64,000 nucleotides of DNA from Trichosphaerium sp. ATCC 40318 (taxonomy: Eukaryota; Protista; Tubulinea), in NCBI GenBank assembly GCA_038496445.1, contig JALMLS010000640.1, positions 1-64,000 on the forward strand, read 5' to 3'. This document shows positions 49,094 through 60,439 of the stretch, piece after piece; position 1 is the first letter of the stretch, and every line of letters starts with the position of its first letter. The position numbers and the translations under genes are program-made. The notes under the pieces are model-generated. The model saw only the letters and a list, made by a program, of their open reading frames with translations, was not told the origin of the DNA and did no database searches.

Positions 49094-49300
49094 GAGTTTT
49101 GCTTTGAATTGCTGCTACGTTGAATGGTGTAGTTTGAAAATAACGTGCAACGTAGACAGTTCGCAACGTAGAAGTTTTGACAACGTGTGCAGTGTATTGT
49201 TGTTCATTGTTACAGCGGCACAAATTACATGCAACTAATGTTGACTTGAAGTTTGGGCTTGAAATAGTTGTTGGAGTATTGCGAAGGTTGTACGGCGATC

Positions 49301-50640
49301 ATGTCGCTATTTACGACAGCTTTGAAGTATGGCGCTGCTTCTTTGGTTTTATTTGCCTGTATGTTAGCCTTGTACAAAATTGGTATGAGAAACACTAGTA
49401 TTTGGTACCCTAGTTAATGGTAGATAGGACAAATGCAAGCTGCGGACGTTTCTGGTAGTCACGATATTAAGGGGAAGCCAGTTATACGTGACACTACTAA
49501 ACGCGGGCAACCTTATGGTAAATAGGTGAGAAGAGTCAAAACTAACAAAACGATTAGGTAATAAATACGGCTTTGATATTAGAAAGATTGAGCACCTCTC
49601 TTGGAGCCCTAGGTAAGCTTATAGATCAAAAACGTACATTTTAATTCTACATTTCGCAAAACGTATTTTACACGTACGATCTGTTACTAAAAACGTTCGG
49701 TAGAGTATCTTTATATCATGACTTTATCTCCAAAGAGGATAGAGAGCATATTATCGCAAAAGGTAAATCACACCTAACTGAAAGTACTGTAGCTGGAAAG
49801 GATGGCATGGTAAGACGCGTGCGGTTATATTTATTAACTTACGCGTACAAATAGGACGTAAAATCGTCTCACAGGTCTTCAACAGGCGCATTTTTAGGAT
49901 TTTTGGATAACGATCCTGTCATTCAAAAAGTAGAGGTGAGCACAAGACTCTTCGAGATTTTTTAACCCTCTACGCGCGTAGAGGAGCTCAAACGATTTTT
50001 TTTTGTTTGACACGCGACAGACTTTCCTTGTTTTATTTTGTTTTAAACGTAATGGGATAGGCTCGTATTGCAACGTGGACTCAATTACCAGCTGAAAACG
50101 GCGAATTATTATATTTACTTCGTTATCAAATAAATCAGCAATACAAGGCTCATCATGATTATTTTGCTGATCAAGTATGGATTAGAGGTCATGGTAATCG
50201 TATAGCAACAGTTTTGGTTTATCTTGGTTCTCCAGAAGAAGGTAGGCTCGGTTTTTCTCGCGAAAGTTTTTTGTTGTTTTTTTTTTTTGGAATAGCGCTC
50301 ATGTTTTCTGCAATAGGCGGACAAACAGCCTTTCCTCGTGTTGGACTTGAAGTAGAAGCAAAAGCTGGTGATGCTGTATTGTTCTGGGATTATCATCCAA
50401 ATGTCACTCCTGATCCGAATAGCCTTCATCAAGGCAAACCAGTGCTACAGGTAATTTTTTTTATCGAAATTTGAAAAATATTAAGTTAACGATACCACGT
50501 GGTACTTAAAAAATTGGGGTTTGTTGTACAAGTTCAATCAGCTTAACTTTTAATTATAGGGTACTAAATGGTGCATGACAAAATGGATAAGAATGCGCAA
50601 GTTTAAGAATTTTAATGCAAATGATCTGTTCAGCAGATAA
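49301..50640 (+). CDS. Prolyl 4-hydroxylase alpha-like (2OG-Fe(II) oxygenase)
   Basis: LSWSPR, LRYQINQQYKAHHDYF, NRIATVLVYL, GQTAFP, GDAVLFW, SLHQGKPV, KWCMTKWIR. Confidence 0.93.
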
Positions 50641-50988
50641 AAATCATCCCACATTGTAGGTGGAAAAAACCCTCCAGATGTTGAAGGTTTGTTACAATAA
50701 AAGAAAAATTATAATGGCTGGGCCTAAAGTTAGCTCTGGGTGACTTGGCGAAGCAATAAGCTTCGATCCGTGACTACAATACAAAGATGCTAATGTGAGA
50801 GCCTCCTTCAAGAAAACTGGATAACTGGTCGCCAAGTATGCTCCATAGTGCGCTACGAATGGATAGAATGCATAGTACTATTGAATATTTTAATGTGCAA
50901 CTTGTGATTATATTTCTTTTAAAGTATCACGTGATACGTTAAGAGAGGCGTCTAGATGTATTTTAAGAGCTTTTTTATTTATTTACAT

Positions 50989-51480
50989 TTATTGATTATC
51001 ATTTGACTTCCAGAAAAGAATAGAGCATATCCACCAAGCAAAGAATACAACAAGATAAATAACATTGATTGGCACAAACGGTGGTTCTAGTCTGACAACG
51101 TTTTTTGTTACTTCTGAGTACCAGCACGTTACAATCTTATTAACTTGAGCATCATACTTTGCTTTAGCAGTTAGAGCGTCTGGTAAACTGTGAAACATCA
51201 TCTGTTGGGGTGGCGGTTAGCTTTTCTTGGGGCAAGGTTTTAAAACTTTAGATATCGTTATACGTACGCGTGTGTGAGGCTTTCTATTATCTAAGCTGTC
51301 TTCTGTAATCAGTTCAACGTGGGCACTGAAAATATGGTTTAACTTTGTTGATTTCACCTCTGGTTCAGCTAGTATCTTGCAGGTTGCTTGTATGAAGCGA
51401 TCGTGGTAGCATAGGATAAATGCACAATAAAGTAGTCCAAATGATGCAATAGTCAGTATACCGGCTTTGTAAGATAGCCC
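50989..51480 (-). CDS. Hypothetical two-TM protein with a Cys-containing loop (5' end unresolved)
   Basis: Exons give ILTIASFGLLYCAFIL...IQATCKI...IVTCWYSE...VIYLVVFFAWWICSILFW. Confidence 0.5.
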
Positions 51481-51991
51481 TGCGGTTATAGGTTACCATA
51501 AACAAAATTTGTAGTGTACTGTAACTAAAAACGCTCTAAACTATAAAAACGCGCGTTTTATGATGTAAAGCATAACTGCAGGATGTGACGGGCGCTTTTC
51601 TTACTTTTGGTACAAATTTGCAACAACCATACGTACAACCACTGGTTCGTAAACTACTACGCATAGTGAAGGTTTCTATACAATAATAAATTCTGGTTTA
51701 AGGAGTTTGTCATTAAGCAAATTGGACACAACAAAATTGCTGCTTGCTGTATTCAAACTCTGATAATACCTCTCGTACACAGCGAATAAATCGCCAACCA
51801 CAATTTTGCACGTCAAAGTTAATACTTCCAGAGTCTAGAATGAGTCAAAAACGAAGAAGCATTTTTTCTTCGAAACAAATATATCAACTTTATGATGTGA
51901 TTATGAGAATACAACTTAAGTTTCGTAGGCTCTCAAGGTAGCTGAACAACATAAATCAGCAATCGCTACAAGCTACAACAACCAACAAAAA

Positions 51992-52258
51992 ATGAACAGA
52001 CCAGGCCAAAGAGAAGAGAGAATGTTACTCGAAAACGCTGAAATGTTTTTGCAAATGGGCCAAAACAAAACGCGAAGAAGCCAACGCAATTGCGCCAAAG
52101 CCTCTAGAATGAGCGCTAACAACAGCAGAATGGCACGTCGTTACAACAGAAGCAGAAATAACAACACCAATTCACGCAAACCGGCCCTTTCACGTATGAA
52201 CACCTTTGAAGAAGCGCAGTACTTTGTAAACACTTGGGGAAACGCTTCAAACTGTTAA
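51992..52258 (+). CDS. Small basic Arg/Asn-rich hypothetical protein
   Basis: A-rich leader before the ATG, 88-codon intronless ORF, AATAAA ~50 nt downstream. Confidence 0.55.
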   Translation: MNRPGQREERMLLENAEMFLQMGQNKTRRSQRNCAKASRMSANNSRMARRYNRSRNNNTNSRKPALSRMNTFEEAQYFVNTWGNASNC

Positions 52259-52575
52259 AACAAATTCAGCTTTTCTCGGAATCGATGGATCTTAAAATGT
52301 AAAACTTGTAAATAAATACTTCAGTATCATTTTATGTCTTTTGTTTGCTGCGATGACGTGGTTAACTCCATGTGCATTCCTTAGATGACATTGTATTCAT
52401 TTGATAAGGTAAAAGTGAAAAGGACGTTGCCTTAATCGATTAAGCGGTTTTTCAAAGCGATTTCATTGAGAAAGTCTTGTGATAATGCACTACTGGATAA
52501 GGCTCAGTGCATGTTTATGCAATAGACATATTGACAGGTATTATGAGTTTACGCAATCCGTGTCTTATCTTTGAA

Positions 52576-52583
52576 TCCCACAA
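52576..52583 (+). promoter_or_regulatory. DUSE-like snRNA upstream element (TCCCACAA)
   Basis: Matches WCCCAYAA and lies 60 nt upstream of the U2 start. Confidence 0.75.
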
Positions 52584-52635
52584 AAAACGATTTTGATTTT
52601 CAAATGTACAACTCTGTTTCTCATTGTTTTAATCA

Positions 52636-52850
52636 ACCTCTTCTCGGCCTTTTGGCTTTGATCAAGTGTAGTATCTGTTCTCAGCAGTTTAAACGCTGTT
52701 GGTGTTATTCCCACGGGAAGCACGTAAACCGTTTATGCTAATTTTTTTATTTTGGGCGACTTGGAACACGTTGCAGGCTTGCCTGTTTTAAACAACTCCT
52801 TGTTGCAATGATCTACATGGTGTTGCACTACCCGCCATTCGAGGTCAACC
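52636..52850 (+). ncRNA. U2: U2 spliceosomal snRNA, copy 1
   Basis: CTTCTCGGCCTTTTGGCT..GATCAAGTGTAGTATCTGTTCT including the branch-point recognition sequence GTAGTA, a U-rich Sm site and stem IV loop TTGCACTACC. Confidence 0.95.
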
Positions 52851-53043
52851 ATACCCTTTTAAAGCAAAGAAACTAAAACAAAGGAAGCTTTCAAGCAAGT
52901 CAAAAAAGCATTTGAGACTTGACGAGAAGTCTTCTTATTGGTGACATTTGCCAAAAAATGACAACAAACTTTCTTCACAAATTGACTTGGGCTGATGATA
53001 TTTATTTGTAATGATTTACAAGTATATGGACTCTTCTTTAATT

Positions 53044-56000
53044 CTAAGACCCACGATCGAGTTTGTGAACTCTCCAAGCGTTTGCATTGCTTCCAGGTCT
53101 TCTTGGTCTACATCCATTGCAGCAAGCCTTCTTTGTAATGCAGTAGCATCTGACAGCACGTTTACCTTGGAATACGGTCGCAGTATTTTGTGTGTAGACA
53201 TTGTTGGAGCACTCAATATCTTTGTTAGCTGCAGCAGCACAATCATTGCCAAAGTGACGAGCATTCCAAGGTGATACACGTCCTCGGACCAGAACTTCTT
53301 TTTTACACTGTTTCCAAGTTTCTCCAGGGCAACTATGATGTCTTTTCCCACCACCAAGGTTTGCGTAATTAAAATGGCCATCACAGAAGGACTGCGCTTG
53401 TCTCAAGACAAGGTGAGGTGGGTTGTATGGAGGTGTATCTCTTTTTGGTTCCAAGTCGCAGTTTCTGCAGTCGTTCGTCATTGGCCATTTAGGAACACGT
53501 GTTACATTCTTGTTCAGGTTTACATCATCGCAAGAGATGCATTCATTTCCGTGTCGCCATGGGATGTTTTGATGTTGTGGAGGTGATACATAGTTGGCAA
53601 AGAGGCGTCCTGATCCTTTGATGTAGCAAGTTGCATGGTAAGCTGGATCTCCAGGTGCCACTTCTTCTTCTAAACCAAACGTCTCGGATGGGACACGAGC
53701 ACGAACATTGAAGCATACATCAACGTTTCGGAAGTTTTCTCCCAGGTTAACAACTCTGTCTTTGCATAGTTGAGGAAGGAGATTGGCTTGGCCGTTGTAT
53801 CTGCTTGCTGCAAGTTGTCTTGGCATTACTACAAATCCGTTACATTGACGTCTTGAATTGCATTGGCTAGCACAAACATCAACACTATCGTAGATTCTAT
53901 GGCAGTCTAAAAGAAAAAGTGTTAGGGTAAAACAAAAACGCAAACAACTTCATGTTTCCTTCGTTTTAAATTACTTGCACAAATAATAGTGGTACGTACC
54001 AAAAACGTCACGTGTGTTTGGGAAGTAACAGTGATCAATACGCCTAAAACCAAAAGTAAGCCACAAGCTACAAAACAAAACCAGATAAAAGCGAGAAAAT
54101 ACAAACACGTACGTGAAACCACCAGCAGGGTTCTCAAGTCCGTAAATGTCTTTCACTTGGCTGTTGACAAAGTTAACGTCAATGCAATCTCTGTAGCCTC
54201 TCCATAGCCACTGAATAACATAGTCTCCAAAGGCAGCTCCATTAGGCATTTCAAGTCTTATCATATCAGCATCTTGTGGTCTGTGTGCATAATGGTCAAA
54301 CTTGAAGGCAGCAAGAACAAAATTAAGCCTGTTGTTCTTGTATTCGCAATAATTTTTGACTTCAAGATTATTCTTATAACCGAACAATTTAGCATCATCT
54401 CTCCAAACACCGAAAGCTTCTGGCCGTGGAATATAATTTGGAGCATTGCGCCTTATCTCTCCGCTATAGAACTGAGAGTGAGCATTAAAGCCAGCATCAC
54501 GTGTTCTGAAACGTCTGTGGTATACAGGCAAGTTCTGGCAACGAGCATTAGGAGCTTCTCTGAAATACCGTTCCAATAATGCAAAAGACACTTCTCTGAG
54601 TCTTGGTTCATCTTCTGCCTTCACAATGACATAATATGAAGGTGAAGAATGTCCAACAGACCATTCAATCTCCATTGACTGTCCGCGACCGAGTTGAACA
54701 TGCGGAGAAGCTTGTCTTTTTGATGGGCAAGGTGTTTGTGTACTTGCTACGTTTTGGCTTCTTCCCAGACTGAATCCCCAGTTGTGAGCATGAGCTGTAG
54801 GGAAGGATACCAAGCCAATCAGGAAAAGAGCCAATACAATAGTGGTTGTCATCTTTCCAGTCGAACGCAGTGTTATGCCGAGGATAGCAAGAGCCATAAA
54901 GAGGAAAGAAGCACTCGATTTGACGGCTGGAGATGTTGAGGCGCCTCGAGCAGCAATGACTGTTCTACCAGGGTTGGCAGGAGGAAGAGTGGTACGAAGA
55001 CATTTGCATAATCGCAAGCTAAAGAAACAAGTAAGTACAACTTCATAATAAAAAATAAACTTTTCACGTGCCCGATTCTGGGATCACCACTTTTGGAGTC
55101 ACATGATACAACTCCTCTATTGCGTCCTTGAGCTGAGCATCTAGTATCATCATAATAACATAGACCATCAGTGCCCATCGTAACACCTTTGTTGCTGCAT
55201 CCGCTTACATAAGGAAGTTTGCATGGGAAACTCTGGGTTATGATGCGTTGTTCAATACGTGTTGGACTGTTGACTCGCTCCAAATGCACACGATCACACT
55301 TGAGGTTCTGTTCTGCGCATCTCTCTGTACAAGATTGTCCTAGCTGTGAAGAAGTAAGTATAAAGTTGTAACATACTCAGAAAACACGTGTTATTACATT
55401 GGTTTGGAACCATGTTTGAAATGGCTTTTTCTTGGTTGACTCTCTGAGTCTCAGCGGTCCAGCGTTGCCATTTGGCCAATAAAAGGCACCAGTATTGGCG
55501 TCACCTTGCTTGATCAAACAATGAAACGTTACTCTTCCTGTTCCCTTTGGAGGAGCCTTCCACTTCCATGTCGATTTGAGAGGCTTCAATTGAGCTGTGT
55601 TATGTGTCAAACTCTGACGGCATCCATGAGAGTTTGGCCAAGGTAACTGGAAGTATGCTGTAGCCCAAGTTAATGAACCAACAAAGAAAGTGAAGAAAAA
55701 AGAAAGGCAAATAACAACGTACGATTCTGCTCTTGTGGTAGAAGCCATTCACCAACTCTTCTGCCAGCATTATCTTGGGCGTATATGAGGATACCTCGAT
55801 ACTTAAAGTCGTAGTGGTTGACGCGGATGTTGATATCCATAACGGTGTCAGGAACATATTCTGTAAGCTTGGCATCTTCAGGACCTGCCCAAGTAGTATA
55901 CCGCCCGCTAGCAGCTACCTTTATAGCCCAGGACATGCGAGGTTCCGGTCTTTTGTTACATACAAGTCTGTCGACCTCTCCGTTTCTTCTTCTTCTGTAA

Positions 56001-56134
56001 GAACCAAATGGACATCCCCAGTCGGGCGAAGAGGCATCACAATTCGGTACCGATGAAGTAGGCCTTGAAGCGCCATAGACAGAGGCTAATAGGGCGACCA
56101 AGCAAAGCGAGGCTATGAAAAGGGTTGCTCGCAT
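53044..56134 (-). CDS. Secreted multidomain protein: Reeler + Cys-rich + paired hydrophobic segments + His-brace LPMO-like domain + Cys-rich modules
   Basis: Reeler motifs YVP...YRGILIYAQ...VGEW...LTH...WKAPPKGTGRVTFHCLI. Internal AHA|HNW, EWSVGH, GDYVIQWLWRGYRDCIDV. Five introns, one of them GC-AG. Confidence 0.8.
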
Positions 56135-58223
56135 TTCTAAATACAGATGTTACAAAAGTGGTATCACGTGATAATAAGAGAGAAAGATACTGTTCTAAAA
56201 CAAAACGTAACGTTGTTGGGACAATAATCCGTACTTGTAGACTTGTTGCCAATGATGTTTGTGTTTACTTAAATTGATAAAATAGGATACAAATCAGCAA
56301 GCTAGCGGTGAGTGATTCAAACGTACGCTAGTTAAAGCCATGTATTGTCCATACTAGTACTATCTTTAGATTCACATGCTTTTTGGTGTAAAGCGAAAAG
56401 TTGCCTGAGTAAGGAGTGCACAAAACGGAGGCTATTGTATTGTACACTTGGCGTACGATAGTTAAACTAGATGAATTGAGCCAGTAACTTAAGTTTGTTT
56501 AGTTTTTAGTTGTATGTGTAGGTTTGGATTTTGTAGTAGCGCTAGGCACAACAAAAAACGTGTTTAGCGCAAGTACAACAAGTATTATTCTACAGGTTTC
56601 GAAGTGTTTGCTATGCTAAAAAGCCACAGAAACCTACACTTACTTGGTAAAAAATGTGACCAAAGTTTGTACTGAGAAACGGGCTTTTTATTCCACCTCA
56701 CAAGAAGATTACTTTACAATGTCGTATCACTTGATTATTATTCAACAAGTGAAGAAAGCTCACTAAACAATTCAGATGCACCAAAAATCACGTGATGTTT
56801 AAAACAACACCTTTCTTATTTATTACACTACACACACATACGTGATTTACATTGCGTGGTTTAATCTACATGGTACGCTAGAACCCTTTTTATTTGTACA
56901 TGTGCATCACCAGATTAACAGAGAAGACGATGAAAACCATACAACTGCAAAAAAAGCCCTCATTTCGTAGATTAGCTTTACCAACAAAAGCAGTGTCACT
57001 CAGTAATTCACAACAGCAATTTTTTACGCTAGTGCAAAATAAAAGGTACACACTCAGTGTTTTCGTAAGATTCAAATTTAAAGAAGGGATAGCAGTGCAA
57101 AAGAGTACTTATTCAACAGGTCGGGCTATTATTTTATCCCGGCGGTTTTTGTTAGTTGTACATTATCTTTTTCTGTGTTCTGTAAACTTACTTGATGTAA
57201 CTTTTTTTCAAGCGACTAGAATACCTGCTAAGCACTTCTCACGAGATAGTGAAGCACTATGCTTACACAGAAAATAAGTTGGAAAAAAACATGAATCACA
57301 GCGAATTTTACGTCTCTACAGACGTCTAAGTTACTCTGAAATTGCGTTGTAGCACTTTGTCAAAAATTACATTTGATTCTTTCAGTGTGGGCAATGCTTG
57401 TTTACGAAGTAGGCCAATACCACTACTTTATTGCGCATAACATGTAATCCGTAGTTCGAAGCAACTTACTTTACATAGTGCGCTTTAAATAGAGCAACAT
57501 CCTCTAGGTGCGACTAAAACTATTTACTAGGGAGTGGGGTTATGGGATATACAGGACGTTTTTGTTTCATAGGTGAAGATTATGTAGTAATACCTGTGTT
57601 CATAGCAAACTTGCATATTCAACTAGCTAGCTAGCAATAAGTTGTTCTCGCTTGCCATCTGCTCTCGTTGCGACTGGAGCTCTCGTTCATATAGAAGTTA
57701 TTGCCAAACAAATAGGTTTAAATGCGATACAAGTTAGCCTACTCGCTGATGTGCATAGTGATTAGTTAGGAAAAAGCGTTATCATATCCTAAAAAGCCAA
57801 TGCGATAGCTTTGACACTAACATATATTGGTGGAGCTACCTTCGTCTTGCTGTTTTAGTTCATTAAACGTGTAGAAGACATTTAATTGTGCTACAATAAA
57901 ACAAATTAGCTTAGTTTAGTTTTTTTGGTCGACGCAGATTATTTGCAAAAGCAAATACATTTCTCACTTTTTTCACTTCCAACCTTTTGATCTACTCAAT
58001 GGTTTAGACCCAGTTGGCTTTATTCTTGTGGGAGCTCTTAACCGCCAACGCAATATGTACGTTTGCAGCCACAAAAAGTAACTAAATTGCACTAAGCCAG
58101 TTTCATAGCGATTTCATTGCAAAAGCGTCATGATAATGCATCTGTATTTGACCGCTTTAGTCTCACAAAAATACGTCCCGTAAAGTAATTTCGCATTTAC
58201 GCAATCCGTGCCTTATCTTTGAA

Positions 58224-58231
58224 TCCCACAA
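58224..58231 (+). promoter_or_regulatory. DUSE-like snRNA upstream element (TCCCACAA)
   Basis: 60 nt upstream of the second U2 copy. Confidence 0.75.
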
Positions 58232-58283
58232 AAAACGATTTTGATTTTCAAATGTACAACTCTGTTTCTCATTGTTTTAATCA

Positions 58284-58498
58284 ACCTCTTCTCGGCCTTT
58301 TGGCTTTGATCAAGTGTAGTATCTGTTCTCAGCAGTTTAAACGCTGTTGGTTTTATTCCTACGGGAAGCACGTAAACCGTTTATGCTAATTTTTTTATTT
58401 TGGGCGACTTGGAACACGTTGCAGGCTTGCCTGTTTTAAACACCTCCTCGTTGCAATGATCTACATGGTGTTGCACTACCCGCCATTCGAGGTCAACC
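58284..58498 (+). ncRNA. U2: U2 spliceosomal snRNA, copy 2
   Basis: Near-identical to copy 1 (a few substitutions). Confidence 0.95.
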
Positions 58499-58573
58499 AT
58501 ACCCTTTTTAAAACAAAAGAAAGCTTGAACAATCTCTAGGCAAATTGTCTTTTATTTTTGAGGTTTTTTTTTT

Positions 58574-59406
58574 TTACACGAGTACTCCCTTGTTTGTTGT
58601 CTTTGCCTAATTTGCATTGTAAGTACCTCGGCGTTATATTCAAAAAAATAATCAAGTGGTCAAGGAGAGAAAGTAAGAATGGGATATGAGGACGTACAGG
58701 ACCTTCAGTCTTCTTTGTATCGGCTGCTTTGATGAGTTTGTGTTTAATGCAAAATTCGGTTAATTCTCTTTCTTGTTGCTCAAGTTGTTTAGCATATGCG
58801 CTGAGTACTTGCTTCAACTAGTTAAAGGGTCAGAGATATATTATGAGGCATTTCTGGCAAGTAACAGCAAGTAATTGTTGATTAAATAAATATTGAATTT
58901 GACATGCGTAATACGCGGTGTAATGAGCGGATAGCGTTGCTTGGGGTTATTATCTTTTTTTTTTGTTACGTACTGTTTCCATATTTTTTTTAAGTGCTGG
59001 CATGACTTCTGATACAGTACGTTCGACGAGTACACCTAGTTTAACGTTAATTAACGCGCTTTCAGCGATAATTAAACAAATAATTCGTAGTTTCGATGGA
59101 TAGTGACGCTGCTCAATTGCGACAAGCCAATTAGGTCTTGATTGCGGTAAAGCGTACCTGAAATACTTCTGAAACATTTACGATCACCATTTAATCCTTC
59201 CAATGTGCGTAGTACCAATCTACGAAGTATTACGCCAATTAAACGGATAATAGATAAGTGAAACAAGTTTTGTAGAAAAATTAAGTGTAACAACGACCGT
59301 ACGCGTTCTCTTGGTACTGCATCTCAACGTCACCCATTTTGGTGCGTACAGAGTTGTAGTTTGATTTTAGAAGTTCAAGCTGTTTGGCAACGTTAGGATT
59401 AGCCAT
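58574..59406 (-). CDS. PFDN2: Prefoldin subunit 2
   Basis: LVLRTLEGLNGDRKCFR..GVLVERTVSEVMPAL and a C-terminal GVLV across exons. Confidence 0.9.
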
Positions 59407-59508
59407 CTTAGTACGTGTGAATGTGGTTTTTCTACTCGCAAGAAAGCAGAACTGTCGCTTAACGCCAAGATTAAGTGTCAACGCTTTTTCGCCGTTTAAA
59501 CCATTAGG

Positions 59509-60378
59509 ATGGCAGAAAGCGATACCAAGAACCTCACGTTAGAAAAACTAAACGATGACACTCTTTTAACAATAAGCGATTTCCTATTACATTCAGATGT
59601 AATGCTACTTGTGTCATTAATGAGCACTAACTCTATTCTACGCCATCGGATGCTTAATACTTCATCAAAATTTACAATAACATCATCTCTTCTTAAAGAA
59701 GTCGCTGTCTTAGAACTACTCAATCCGACGATGGAGCAAAAGAGAAATATAATAAGAAGCTTCAAACGTGACACAGCACTTATATTTGAGACAGGTAAGA
59801 AGCCACGCTCAAGCAAATCTCTTTGGGCGATGCTGAGAAGCCCAACAAATTGGTTTGGAACTTACCCTATTCAACACCTAAAAGAACACACCAGTTCTGC
59901 CCTAAACAAATGGATGTGGCCTTTAAACTCATTGTGTGAATTTTGTTCTCAAGACAATGTTAACCGCCTCGCAGTAGCTACCCTTCAAAAGTTAAAACCA
60001 GCTAAACATGTTTGCATTTCTTGCTCTAATGAGTGGCCAGTAAAGTACCAGTATTGCATTGATTGTAGAGCACATGCACCACTTGAATGGAAAAACAACT
60101 TTTACTGTGTACACTGCATGTCATTAAAGCCTTTATTGGATAAAATACGATATATAGTGAAGAATAATGTTATAGCACGTGATTATGATAGAGAAATGGC
60201 AAGATTAAAAATATCAGATTGCAAAATACAAACAGAACTATTAAACAAATTACACAAACGTATGGATGAGATACAGGAAATAAGCCAATACAAAAACTCA
60301 GTCAACTTTGTTTATATCATTCAACATTTCAGTTATACACCACGTAATGTTTCAGATACACTAGCTATATGTGGGTAA
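59509..60378 (+). CDS. Hypothetical protein with an F-box-like N-terminus and four CxxC pairs
   Basis: LEKLNDDTLLTISDFL; CEFC, CISC, CIDC, CVHC. Intronless, 289 aa. Confidence 0.7.
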   Translation: MAESDTKNLTLEKLNDDTLLTISDFLLHSDVMLLVSLMSTNSILRHRMLNTSSKFTITSSLLKEVAVLELLNPTMEQKRNIIRSFKRDTALIFETGKKPRSSKSLWAMLRSPTNWFGTYPIQHLKEHTSSALNKWMWPLNSLCEFCSQDNVNRLAVATLQKLKPAKHVCISCSNEWPVKYQYCIDCRAHAPLEWKNNFYCVHCMSLKPLLDKIRYIVKNNVIARDYDREMARLKISDCKIQTELLNKLHKRMDEIQEISQYKNSVNFVYIIQHFSYTPRNVSDTLAICG

Positions 60379-60439
60379 ACACTTGACAAAGCAATGCGAG
60401 ATGAGATGTAATCAGTTTGAAGAAAAAGTGTACAAGTTT

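Noticed and set aside
56300-58050. Gene-poor stretch including the 127-aa ORF at 56894-57277
   Set aside because: No coherent reading frame, family motif or repeat structure found.
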